A DNA stretch of 64,000 nucleotides from Bispira polyomma (lineage: Eukaryota), in contig OZ287751.1 in NCBI GenBank assembly GCA_965649765.1, positions 65,720,001 to 65,784,000 on the forward strand, given 5' to 3'. Under the pieces are notes generated by a model, which was not told where the DNA came from, did no database searches, and saw nothing but the letters and a program-made list of their open reading frames with translations. The number at the start of each line of letters is the position of its first letter. Position 1 is the first letter of the stretch. The translations under genes were made by a program, and so were the position numbers. Of this stretch, positions 41,001-53,648 are shown in pieces.

Positions 41001-44000
41001 CCATTGCTCTTGGTCAGCCAATATACTTAGCATCACTCATAAAGGCTATAGCAACTCGACTAGAATGAATAGACTCTCAGTCTGGTAATATTGTCCCAAA
41101 AAGAAGGTTGATAGTCGTTGTTTAAATTGGGGGTTCCACCATGCTGATTTGGTCTCTGACCTTGCCGATTTTGAGGTTCCGGGCGTGTCCGTGTAGGTCC
41201 GGGGCGAAAAGGGGCGAACGGGGCGGTTGAGAAGATTATAAGACTAATTTCTCAGTTATGTTACCATAACAGTCCAGACTTTTATTTTTAGACGTTTGAT
41301 CCTGATGGTCGGGGATATGGATCCGTCAGATCCTATTGGTTACATCCTAGGGCGATATGTCAGATCCTATCGCCAGTAAGTTTGATCGTAACCTGGGTCG
41401 AGGAAGCTGGGAAAGTTTTAGTACGAACCTCAAGTTCGATCATGGTCGGTGTTCCATCAAAATGAGACGCAATCAGTTCGATCGGCAAGGTCGCACCACA
41501 CTTTCATTTTTCTGCCTTTTTTGCCCCGACCACCCCAATCCTAAAATTTACTTATGCAGCTCCAAGTAAAGAGAACAAGCTTCTTACTTATATATGTAAC
41601 CAGACACGCCTAAGTACATTCAAAAGAAATGCAAAAGCCTACCTTTTCCATGAGATTTGTCTTCATTATTGTTTCACCGAGTACACACAATTTGTACCTG
41701 AACTGTTAATAGTCAAGTCCCTCGGTAGGTGTGCCTTAGAGGATGCCTGGGCAAAAACTTGGAGCTATAGAAAATGTTCATTGTATTACATTACCTACGC
41801 ACACACACCTACACTTACCTGTATGAGGAGTATAAAAGCTGTCCATTGGTAGTATCGGATATAGTCACGTGCCTCCTCTGCTTTCGGAATAGGTCTCTCA
41901 TATGGGATGTAGTAGGTGTTCTTCACCCAGCAGTAGCTGTTAGCATAGCTCACGTGTGAGTCTACAGAAATTATAAAGTTTAATGTTAATGTGTAACTGC
42001 TATTATGCTAATGATAGTCACTTATGCAGTGGACTGTTACAGTCAGGAAAGGGCTATTAGAGATCTAAATACCGACGAAGGAAGATATATGCACTGAGTA
42101 TAAATTTGATTAAGAATGCAATGAATGTCCTGAAGAATTAGTCCTACAACATAGTATTGGTCGTCATCAGTAGGCAATGGTGTGTTCACATCTTGTAGAA
42201 GTATGTTGTTTCCCAATGACTATTACAACATTATCAGGAGTAAAATTGATTACTTTCTGACCACCAAATCAACTCTTCAGCTAGGTGTTGAACCAGAAAC
42301 CCTCTGATCACCAGACAAACTCCCTGACCACTAGGCCATGAGAGACCATACTGCCAATCAAGGTATTCTCACCAGCGCATTTATTATCACCATAGGCGAT
42401 GGAGTTTCTATTTTTCTGTCAGGTCATTGTGTTAATCCAATGTAACTCTTTCCAATACATCTATATGCATGTCTAACACCACGACAGTTGCTTAGTGTTC
42501 CTATTACTTCATGAAATATGAATCATTTTTGGATATAGGGTAAGTATAAACTATTTTGGCTGTCTGCATGATCAATAATATTTACTTGCATGACCTCAGG
42601 TAAAAGGGCCATTTGGGAAGAACAATTTTATTCAATTTTCAAGTTATATTATTATATTTCTGAAAAGTCTGAAAGCTCTTGCTGTTAACCTTGACAAGTG
42701 ATACAAGAAAAACTTGTAAAGGACTTATTTAAAGAATAATAGAAAGATATATAAAGAAAAAATAAATTTATATTATTATTAAAAATAAAGTTTGGACAAA
42801 TAAATAAAATTTATAGCATATGCCTTATCTGACTCATAATGTCAGGTATTAACCATACTTTTGATTGACCTTGGAAAGCGAAATTTGTGTTTGTGTCTTA
42901 CACATTTTAACTTTTCATTGCCTTCTGAATATACAAAGTATTATAACTGATGAACAGAAAAACTTTCATTTAGTTCTACTCTCATCTCCGAAACAAACAA
43001 CAATTATGCTTGTGTTTTTAAAATTAAATATAAAATAGAGTATGGTTGACACAGTATGTTTATGCTCCAGGTATAACAGCTTCTATGTTAAAGGATATCC
43101 ATGGAGTATATCCAGGTGTATCTTAACTTGATATAAAGAACTAGCTTTGTGATCCAGTGATGGAGCTCCTTTTAGCAAATTTGATAGAACAAACATATTA
43201 GTTTTTATTTACCAGGTTTCAATATACATCTTGTTCCATAAACATTGAGAACATTTCTATATCTATAAGTGACGTTAAAATCATATTTTTTTATGCAACC
43301 TTAAGTATTGATATGTGTTTGACCAAGCAAAAAAGTGTTAAATCTCCTCCATTGATATGCATATCTGTGTCATGTTTAAGACATGCATAATTCCCCAATT
43401 ATATCAGATCAAGATTGTCTATGTCCTTGCATTTATTTATTGTAAACTAAAATCTCCATCAATTTAAAATAAAACAGATTGAAAAATTATGAAACTGCGA
43501 CTACTGTATTGGTTAATTAGGGAAGAAGATTATACATTAATTGTTTTTCGAAGACAAATTTGTGAAAAAAAATCAAAAACTTCTTGAAAGTTTGTGTGAA
43601 GTGTCTTGCAAACGAATGTACGTGTATTTTCCATCACTAGTAGCTCTTCATACATGTTTGATTTGTTTTGAATGAATATCAGATTGTCTTAATTTGATGT
43701 CTAAGTATACCATGTTAGAGTTTAGAGTTGTGGTGTTTGTATATAACCATACATTAGTTTTAAATGTATAGAAAAAAGTCATTTTATAAGTAATTGCCTA
43801 CTAACAATGCATTAATTTTACACTTTTAGTTTCTAGAAAAAACTTGTTATAATAATAATGACTATAAATTACTTTTAGTATGACAGGAAACAGCAACCAT
43901 CAATCTTGCTTCTACTTATTGGTAATATATAAAATATTATGATAATTGATAGACAGAATTGGCTGATAGGCACTGATAAATTGTTTGCAGTGCACCTTGT

Positions 44001-45108
44001 TTCCGTTAGACTAAGCCCAAGGATAGATAGCTCTCTAATAACACAAAGCCAAACATACATGATAAGCATTTAGTAAATATATATCCCGTCAAGTGTGGAT
44101 GATACATTAAAAAATGACAGATATGGTTTTCCAACAAATATAATGACACAATATAATACAGTACTCTGTGTATTATACGCTTCCCTGTTGATCACGATTA
44201 TAATTTTAAAAGTTTATAAAATAGAAAACAATTATGCCTAATGCTGTCATATAAAAACTAGGTTCAAATGTTTTTGCTTGCAAAACTTTCGAACGGAAAC
44301 TTATGTGTTCATTGCAACTTAATTTTGACCACTCAAGCTCATAAAAGCACCCCCTTAATATGATTATTATCCACTTTTAAACATTTTGCAGGATAACAAT
44401 ATTTTTCCTATTGATGCTACACCTATATTGTATTGTTTTTTTCAAACGCGCCTTATTTATGCCAGGCATAATCATTATCATAATGTTAATTTGTTGTCAC
44501 AACTAAGCAATGGCTTGTTCACAGCAAGGAATAGTACCCAGGACCTTTTTATAACCAGGCCAACACCCAAGCCGGAAATGGAACCTAATGGAACCTAATA
44601 ATGACCAGACCAATTTCCCAGTCGGACATAGAACCGGGGGCCTTCTGATCACCAGGCCCACTTACCAGCTGGCAGTGTAACTGGGGACCTTCTGATCACC
44701 AGACCAACCCTTAGGCCAGGAATTAAAAGGGTCTAGATCTGATCACCAGACAAACTTCCCAACCAGTAATAGTACTAGGAACCTTTTGATCACAAGACCA
44801 ACTATTTAATCACTAGACCTCGGGAAACTGCAATCAATCACCATAGGTTACAATATACCATAACCAACCACCATGGTTTACTTCCCATGAACTACACATA
44901 TCTTACCTGTAAAATGAGCAGGACACCAGCAAACTATGGGAGGGTTTATGAACTGGTATACCGTCACCACGGCCGCAAAATTGAACAGGATGAGGGTGGT
45001 GAACTTGTTGCTGAACTTGTCGCAAAGCTCGTCCTTGCGTTTCCATGCTAACAGAGCGATGATACTCTGGAAGAGCTCTATGTTGTCACCCTCATCGTCG
45101 TCACCCAT
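32013..45108 (-). CDS. Innexin (invertebrate gap junction protein), complete, 6 coding exons, 393 aa
   Basis: Exons 45108-44907, 41961-41819, 37721-37582, 36811-36722, 36342-36122, 32398-32013 splice in frame (1182 nt including stop). Signatures: IVCWCPAHF, YCWVKNTYY, YYQW, FPRVTMCDF, QCNLPLNRINEKVYMFLWFW. An acceptor at 45206-45208 suggests an upstream 5'UTR exon. Confidence 0.95.
32443..32757. mobile_element. MITE with 27-bp terminal inverted repeats (Harbinger-like)
   Basis: Left ggggccgtattcacgaacaagtgaaat; right atttcacttgtttgtgaatacagcccc. Confidence 0.75.
33142..34746. repeat. ~600-bp direct duplication (33142-33743 and 34122-34746) in the last innexin intron
   Basis: Near-identical text from tctgcttt.taaatagacc to gatccagtaatttgtat..gc.tgtataatga. 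Confidence 0.9.
35030..35247 (-). mobile_element. tRNA-derived SINE (family A)
   Basis: Runs from the gaatttgaatttagttggg tail to the ctaggccaccgtggcccc head; aligns by eye with copies at 8681-8876, 9345-9570, 49540-49738 and the 3' fragment 1925-2010. Confidence 0.8.
37755..38015. repeat. ~80-bp tandem repeat, 3 copies, with small hairpin GGCATC-AGGA-GATGCC
   Basis: catcaggagatgccaaaaa...cagcattggagacattaaaatca is repeated, ending ~35 nt upstream of the innexin exon 3 acceptor. Confidence 0.8.
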
Positions 45109-48100
45109 GGTAATCGAATTCTACTTGTGTATAAAACTCCAAACCACTGTCGGAACGAAAGTCTGGAGGGTTCTAACTAGGAATACTGTTCTTGCTGTCA
45201 AGTACCTGGTAAAATGGTGGTAAAATGTCACATATATATGTCAAGTCTAAAGGCCTTTATACACCACCTACTACTCAACATGACAAAAAAAAAATTAGAA
45301 ATAACATAATATAAATATACAGATTATATAATCTGCTCCCTACACTACATTACACCACACGGCATGGCAATTGAAATTGGAGAAATCTCTAAGTAACATT
45401 GTGTCATTGCGTATTTCTATATTGTTTGTGCACAAATGGCTGCAAAGGAAAAACGCTAATTTTTATTTTTGATTTGACATGGATTATGTAGTGTTGTGTC
45501 ATATTTGATGCACACATAGTACTGTTGTGCCGTGTCATTGTGTCTCCTGTATTGTAGTGTCGTGTAGTCGGTGGTGTACAAAGTCTTAGGTTTTTGAACA
45601 GTAGTAACACTAACCCTTTTGACCCCTATCATCGGTTAGCAGCTGTCAGTATATGTTACTCCCAGAACCTAAGTCTGTTGGCAAGCAGTCGATACTGCCA
45701 AAAAAATCCCAGTTTATTTTTCTTCTTTTCTGCTCAATATGAAATTCTTAATACAGCAGAATTTAATGTTCAATAACTATATATGAGTAGTTTATAGTGT
45801 GTTTTTAAGTGACTGGGATTGAAAAGGGTTAATTCTTAAACAAAGCTGCTTACTCAAAATATAGTAATATTATTAAGATTTTAAAGGTGTTATATAATAT
45901 TATATGTCTTTATGTGTTATTAAACCATTCCATTCACAGTTTATTTAATTGCAACAAAATGCCAAACTAAATGTAATGCATTGATATTCTATTTGATTTT
46001 TAATGGATAGTAGTTCTTCAATAATTGCTTGCTATAATATATCTGTAAAAAATTAAGTAATAGTTAACGTAGTGATATTATTTAAACATTTTGAAACAAC
46101 AGCATAATTCACTATTGACATAGTTTATACATATTCAAATACTAAAATATCTAATCTTGTAAATTTTAACTGAAAGATATAGTTTACTCCACACTAATGT
46201 GTCTCAAAATACAATTTTGTAATAAATAGAAAATAAACTAGACGAACATTATCTAAAAATGCAAACCTTGTGTTTATCCAAACTGATCATAAAGGTAATT
46301 CTGACAGAACAAAAGCCGAGACATAAAAAAATATAACTGGTGACACTCACTGTAGCTGTAGCAGTTATCTCTATCAACAAACAATGGTAAGTAATAGCTT
46401 CCCTCTTATGTACAGCTCCCCTGACTTGATAGCCTCTCTGGTGATAAATCTCAACCTTCATACACCTCATTATGAAGTTATATACCTTTGTGTTTATTTG
46501 GATAAAATCTCTAAAACCACAGGTAAAATTTTCTGGCTTAAGCACTTAAGTTTATCGGGATCACAGGGCTAACAGAGATAATGTTACTACTAATAATACA
46601 ATCCACACTTTCCTTTCGTCTCTGGCATGATTTCAGGTGTTGTTTTTTTTGGTCAGACTAAACAAGAGTTGTCTTTTAAAAAGACACCGGCGCACAGTGT
46701 GAAAAATTGTTGTAAATTGGGAACATTCTGAGTCTGGGATCACGCGAAACTCTGAAGTTTAGTATCAACCAGCTTCTGTGACAAAACTCCACCCCGAAAA
46801 CCCCCACAATAACTCTTTTTTTACGAATAAAGGAAATGCGTTGGAAGACGAGAAAGTGAAACTTGAACTAGTGAGTATATTGTTGAATATGAATATTATA
46901 TTATATGATTTTACCATATTCTAGTGTGAGAAATAGAAAAAAATATTAACCTAACACCCATATGTTTGGCCTGGGTAATTGCTTCCAACCAATTCATGAA
47001 GGCCTTACATAATATTTCTAAGATGGTGGTGCCCTTTTTAAGAGTGAAAACAACGTCATGCTGTACATGACAAAAAAAGGAGATATTTTGGACAGGCTAT
47101 CACGTGTTGTTATTAGCAGGCTGGGCTGTTAAGGTTAGCCTTTAGACTAGGCAAGCTTGGTGTTATCTGTTTTTTTTTTCCTTTGACACACATAAACCCA
47201 CATACCCACACACTCACCCACACACATAGAGTCTCAACCAATGGTTGTAGTCCTGACTCTTTTATCAGCTCTTTCCAAACACATTTTTCATGACACTATC
47301 AGCCTTAATGGCGATGCATCTATTGTTGCCTTTGTAATTAATTTTTATCATTGTTCAACAATATTAAAGGTGTAAATTATTAAACACGTGTTAAAACACT
47401 ACAATGGAAAGGGAAGGTAGTTAGACATGTTATGGAGACCGCCTTGTATCATGCGGGACCTTGTCTTAAACTTCCCTAAACTTTTCCTAAGTTTCGCATC
47501 CTTCCCGAATCTTTTACAGTCGTTTTGAGTAGGGTCAAACAAAGTGGACAAATCCTTACACCTGTTTCCGAGTATCGTTGATTCACCACTGTAACTCTTC
47601 CATCTGTAAAACCTTTGTGGACAAATTTCAGTTTCAGCCTAAATGAAACAGCCAATTTAATAGGTGGAAAGATAAGTTACAGTAAATATTACTTCCTTCT
47701 GATAAAGCCTACCATACAGCCGATATGTGAATAGGGCATTAGAAAATGATCCTACACTGCGGCATTCAGCAAGTCTACTACAAATTGTCCCACCTAACTT
47801 AAACACGCAACGGCACAGATAAGAGGGAAATGTCTTACCACTACACCACCAAGGGTATACATTTCAGGTCAACATCATCATATTTGATCTTATTCAGATA
47901 GGTATTTTTGTCTACTTAAAATTTAAACGCATATTCAGAGTTTTTTTGTCGACATCAAATTGGAATAGTTATTTATTATATTCCCAAATTAGTGTAATAA
48001 TTTTTTGTGAAAAACACCACAAAATGTATTGCCTTAAAGAAATGATAGTGCATTTAAACAAGCCTAACCATAAAAAAACAAGTAGCATTCATAATGCCTT

Positions 48101-48289
48101 TATCAGATGGCCTAGGCCGTGTCACTTACCAAATGTCTTGTAAAGAGCTAATAAAAGTAAGCCATGCTAGTATGTCTGCAAATGGTAATGCTTGAGAAGA
48201 AGATAAAGATTCCTTTACCATGGTTATAACATTGTATAGCACCCTATTATTGATGTATCATCTCTAAGGAGCTCATTCTGTAAGACATA

Positions 48290-48482
48290 GTCCCACAACA
48301 TAGCCTGGGTCATCATCAGTGGGCAGTGGCGTGTTCACATCTTGGCCAAGAATGTTATCCTAACAATGAACCTAGTGGCATTAGCAGGTGTCGAATCGGG
48401 TACCAGACCAACTCCCCCAACAAGGAGTAGAATTGGGGACCTTTTGATCACCGGACCAACTCCCTAACCACTAGGCCACAGG
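48290..48482 (-). mobile_element. tRNA-derived SINE (family B)
   Basis: acaacatag..gggtc.tc.tcagt.ggca.tgg..tgttcacatcttg...tgatcacc.gaccaactccctaaccactaggcca; related copies at 38188-38335 and 42143-42340. Confidence 0.7.
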
Positions 48483-49539
48483 AGACAAGAAATACATAAA
48501 TCATGTTTGATATAAGTCTAGTATTCTGCTTATCAAAAGATCCTCATTTCAATTCCCCATACCACCCCAGTGTTCACTTGGCGAATACCTACTTGGGTAA
48601 GCATGTAAACACACCTCACACTTACATGGGAATAAACTGGGTTAAAATGTTCAAAGTAGACTCTTTGATGACGTCCAATGATATGGTATGCAACACCCTG
48701 TAATAAATGATAGACACTAGAAATATGAAACAATTTATGAAACGCTATTATTGATACGATAATACAGATTTTGTAAGGGTGGAGGGTGGGGGTAGGTGTT
48801 TCACTCCCACTATGCATTGTGAACATAAATGTTAAAATTTTCTTGCTAGGCTCATGTTTGCTGACAATTTAAATATGGATTTAAAATGGATGAGAGGGGT
48901 GAACCCTTATCTCTAACTTCCTTTAACTTCATCTTCATTTCCAGACCTGCTAGTTGGAAATTTTTGGTGAAAACCTTCACCTCGCCATGCAGAAAAAATC
49001 CTTCCACCACTTTCTAAGTATTGCCAAATCACAACTGTAACTTTTCCGTCCCAGTAATTATTTGTTTCTGTCTTTTAACTTTTAGAGTATTTCCGTATCA
49101 CTAATGTATCTCTTTTGTTTGTTTCTGGGTATTTCCTTGTCACTAATGTATCTCTTCCGTCTGTTTCTGGGTATTTCCGTATCACTAATGTAACTCTTCC
49201 ATGGTAGTAATCGGCTGTCCCCTTCTGTTTCTATCTGTAAGACCTATCTGAACAAGTTTCAGAGGGTCAACTTATTTTAGGGGGAACAGCCGATATAACA
49301 GCAAATAGGTAGCGCCACCGACCATACTGCCAATATGTACAAAATATATGCATTGTCATCAACTGAATATGGAAACTGCACAAAACTAAAATGCATTTTT
49401 TAATATTATAAACATTATCAATGTATGATTCAGCAATTTTAATCAATATTGGAAACTGAAGTAACAGATCATTTAAAGGCCAATATTTATATGTATTTTA
49501 ATTTTGTTGGCTTTCAACTTAAACTTAGGCAAGTTGAAT

Positions 49540-49738
49540 TTTTTTTTGTTGACTTTCAACAGCTTAGGTTATATCATAATGGATATATTTAATGGTGCAG
49601 CAAACCAGTATTGAAGCATTATATAGCACCGACCGACACCTGACAATCTGACTCACATGAACAGGATTCCAAGTCACATTGGTGAGAGGCCAGTGATTGT
49701 GAAATCACTGCTTGTAACAACTAGGCCACAGTGGCCCT
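49540..49738 (-). mobile_element. tRNA-derived SINE (family A)
   Basis: ctttcaacagcttagg...ctaggccacagtggccc, matching the other family A copies. Confidence 0.7.
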
Positions 49739-52700
49739 TGCAAAATTTATATGTGCACTCAATTAACTATTTCAGGAAGCTAACTGTCATTATGTTTGAT
49801 AACCAACTTCTAAGTTAATACTTATTCAGTGCACAACCTTTTGCGATCCCTAGGTTGTCAGCTACCCCAAAATATTATTATATTTTTCTTTAGTTCCTCA
49901 CAATAGGATATTGTTATAACAGCAGAATGTCCTTAAAAAATTATATACATAAGGCTATTATTGAATGCCAGGTGTATTCTGTGGTGTGCGTTTTAGGTGA
50001 CTCCAGCTATCTATAACATATTCCCGATAATGTTTTTTCAGTTCCCGGAAATAGTTCTCTATTGGGGTTAAAAGGGTTAAATTGTATGACGTTGTTTTGC
50101 CATTATCATAGTTGGTTGTTTTGATTTAAGCTTGATGATATGAACACCACACATATGTCCTTGATACATAATAAGACCTTTTGTGTGCTTCTGATAAGAT
50201 GATCCCACAAATACAAAAATATGAATGATATTTATTACTGCACAACAGAAAAGCAATAATTGCTAATAGAGTTTCAAATAACACTGTTAAAGGCCTGTTT
50301 ACTCTGGGAGTTTACATGAATTGATAACTTCTGTAGAACTAAAGATTGGACATTTAGTGTGAAAATATTCGTCTTGGGTCAAAATGTTAAAAGAGTTATT
50401 AAAATCAGAAAAAGAAATAAGGACGTTATGCTTTTAAAAACAATGCCATATTAAAAACTACTGATCCCCCCTCCTATGGCTCAATTGATGAGTACGGATG
50501 ACGTGTACCAGTAATTTAGTGATTACAGATTGGTAAATAAATAACACGTCTTTAAAGAAGGTATGTACTTACTCATCAAATAACTCTTACATCTTTATTA
50601 ACAAAAAGATAACTCTTACATTTTTATTAACACAAAGATAAAGAAGTACTTACGTTTTATTAAATACTTCAATGAAAAACAACAACAAATTGGAATATAA
50701 GTTTGGGTAGGTAATATATATGTAATAAAAATTAACAGATCATTTCATTAATTAAACTATAATAGATATACCTATAGACGGGTAATGTTTTTATTCATAA
50801 CGTCTTCATATAATTATGTCAATATAATAACGTCATACTATAGGACGTGACTAATTACTTTCATTGGAGTTTATGGCTGTTCTACTTTATTCGAAAGAAC
50901 ATTTACAACATATATAAAGAAAAGAAATCAAATCATTTTTGAGTTGTATCAGAATGTTTACTAAAATCTCCGGTTTTACTGCCGTGTACAAATAACTGTT
51001 TAACTGTGTACAACAATATAGTAATTTATTTAGTACCCCCCAAAAACTCAATCCTTGCCACAAAATGTTTCAATGTAATCGTTGCTAGAAAAGTGAATTA
51101 CTAATTATGTGAATTATTAATTTTATATGTGCATACATATCATGTGTATCATCTGAATTTGAATTTACTTTTAAATTTGTACTTGACGTAATTTTAATGA
51201 CTTTCTTTATATTTGTGATACATGTTGAGTTATCATGAATATATGTATATGGTGGCAGAATAATTCCGGGCCAGGGTTTATAATTCTTTAATGAAATACT
51301 ATAAATAAATATCAACATCAGTTTATTAAAAAACACATAAAAATATGTATATTTACAAATACCGGCCAAGGCTGGGACTGTATTGACAGAGCTGTGTCAA
51401 TTCAATACATTTAATTAAAATCAAGGAAAATACAATAGCCTGGTAAATACTGGAAACCGTTTTACCGATTACCAAAAAGTTGATCTAGGCTTGTATTCAT
51501 AAGACATCTGAAATATCTGAAATATCAAACCACTTAAATGGCAGCACACAGCCTTATCCTTTACATGGAAATTTGAAATATAGGAACTTGCTCTGCTAAG
51601 CAGGCGACAACCTTTACAAAAATATTATGATGTTGGATTACACTGGAAGTTACTGTGATTATGACATTTAATGTTTCATTGAAGTTTCAGTAACAGTTAA
51701 TCAATATTATAACATATTCACTGATTTCCACACAACATAACCTTCCCTTTTTCACTACAAAACGCATTCTACAAAATAACTTCCAAGAACATCAGCATAG
51801 GTTGGCCTGGTAAACAAATAACTAATGAAACAAGTGTTCAGGGCCCTTATTCACTAACAAACTTAAATTTATCTTAGGCTTAAATATAGCACAAAAGTTT
51901 ACTAGATTTAAGCCTAAGACTTGGCTAAGTCACAGGCCCTGGTTTTACCCCTGAAAGTTAAACTAGTACCTAGCCATCTTCACTATTAACAGTACTGAAC
52001 TCCACTAATTTCAGCCCAGAACTGAAGAATTCAACCCCTGATAAACCCCTAGAAATCTAGAAATAAAATTCGTTTACAAATATCTGTCTAATTTTCATCA
52101 GCAAGCTTCGGACAACTTAACAAAAACTACACTTCTGATAACTTGTGACGTCAGTATCTATGACGTCATACTGCAGTGATACGTCATCTGTAACGCTACG
52201 TCGTCTAAAAAACCCTAAAAAGACTATAGAAAAACACAAAAGTCGTTGGAGTAAATTATTAAAAATGCTGGTTTCTGAAATGTTAAATGGGACATACAGC
52301 CAGTAAACCCCCCAAACTACTCACTGTACAACGTGTGTTTATTGAAGAAAGGCGTGAATCTGAGGGAGATCCATGTATTCATGCCCTTAAGATGCCAGCC
52401 ATGCAAGATGTTGGGAAAATATTTGAAGAAGAGAAAGATATACGATCAGTCACAGGTATAATTATAGACTATAATTAAGATGTTCGTGAGACGGCCCTCA
52501 AACCATATTGGCCTGACCTGGGGACTGGGGTACATATATCCCAGTATGGCTCTCACATATTCTGTTTATTATACCGAATCATTTTCATCGGGTTTTCGAA
52601 ATAACCCGTTTTCGGGAATTACCTAGTTTCAGGAGTTGCTAGACCGAATAATCTGTCCCTTTTAGCGAGATTCCTTGTTGATATTTTGCCGGTTGAATCA

Positions 52701-53340
52701 CGAAAAGGGACAGAACGGCTTGCATAAGGAAAATGTTGTAAATTTAGACTGACGTAACATGGCCGACAGTGTTGTTTCAATGATTTTGGTTTAGTTTTTA
52801 TTTTATATTAATTGATATGTAGCATATCGGCATAAACTAATTGAAAATCGGCAACTATATGAGGGGATGTAATTATTTTTACCAGATTCTATCTCTATAT
52901 ATGCCGATTTTGATTTACAATGTCTTGCTTATGGAGGACGCTCTGTCCCTCGCCGTGCCGTCAGTATATCAAAGCATCAGCGAGGGCAGAATACTCGGTC
53001 TAAGGAGTTCCCCAAAACGTCACCTGCTAGTCAGGCAGAATCACGTCATGATTTTCCAGTGCTTTGTTTACAATCACAGCGGTAAAGTTAACAAAAATAC
53101 CAAACAATTGGGGCAAAAATGCGTGAAAAACAGATATTTATTATTATTTTTTATATTATGCTATTAATAAGTGTGCATAGACTTAATACCAGTTGTCATG
53201 TGTAGCTCCTGCTCTGTTACTGTGATATGACTAATGTTTTTAATCTTAACTTGTGTCGTCTGGTTGTGTCAAAATATTGTCTGTCACTGAAAGTAGGTGA
53301 TTGGTAGTTTTGCGCTTGCCAATTTTTTTTAAAAAGAGGG

Positions 53341-53597
53341 CTTGAATTTGAATTTGGATATTTAACGTCCACTCTAGTACCTTTTAGTAGGTTATATTGG
53401 GACGGGTAGTTGGAAACGCTGGAGGAAACACTGCATACAGTCGGTCAAGGTTCTGCAGAGAAACCAGCGGCCCATAGTAAGGAACTACCATCTTTCCCAC
53501 ATAGGCATCGACGGGATTCGAACTCGCGCCGCCCAGAGGTGAGAGACCAGTGATTGGGAAGCGCAATACTTGCTAACCACTAGGCCACCTCGGCCCC
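53341..53597 (-). mobile_element. Full-length tRNA-derived SINE with target-site duplication
   Basis: Minus strand reads GGGGCCGAGGTGGCCTAGTGG (A box) ... GTTCGAATCC (B box) with a (CAAATT)n tail. TSD tttttaaaaagaggg at 53326-53340 and 53598-53612. Confidence 0.9.
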
Positions 53598-53648
53598 TTT
53601 TTAAAAAGAGGGGTCCTAATAACAGGTTGCTAAGTGCCTTTTTTTCAG

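Noticed and set aside
53480-53597. tRNA gene
   Set aside because: A/B boxes are present but no cloverleaf; the body, tail and TSD identify a SINE.
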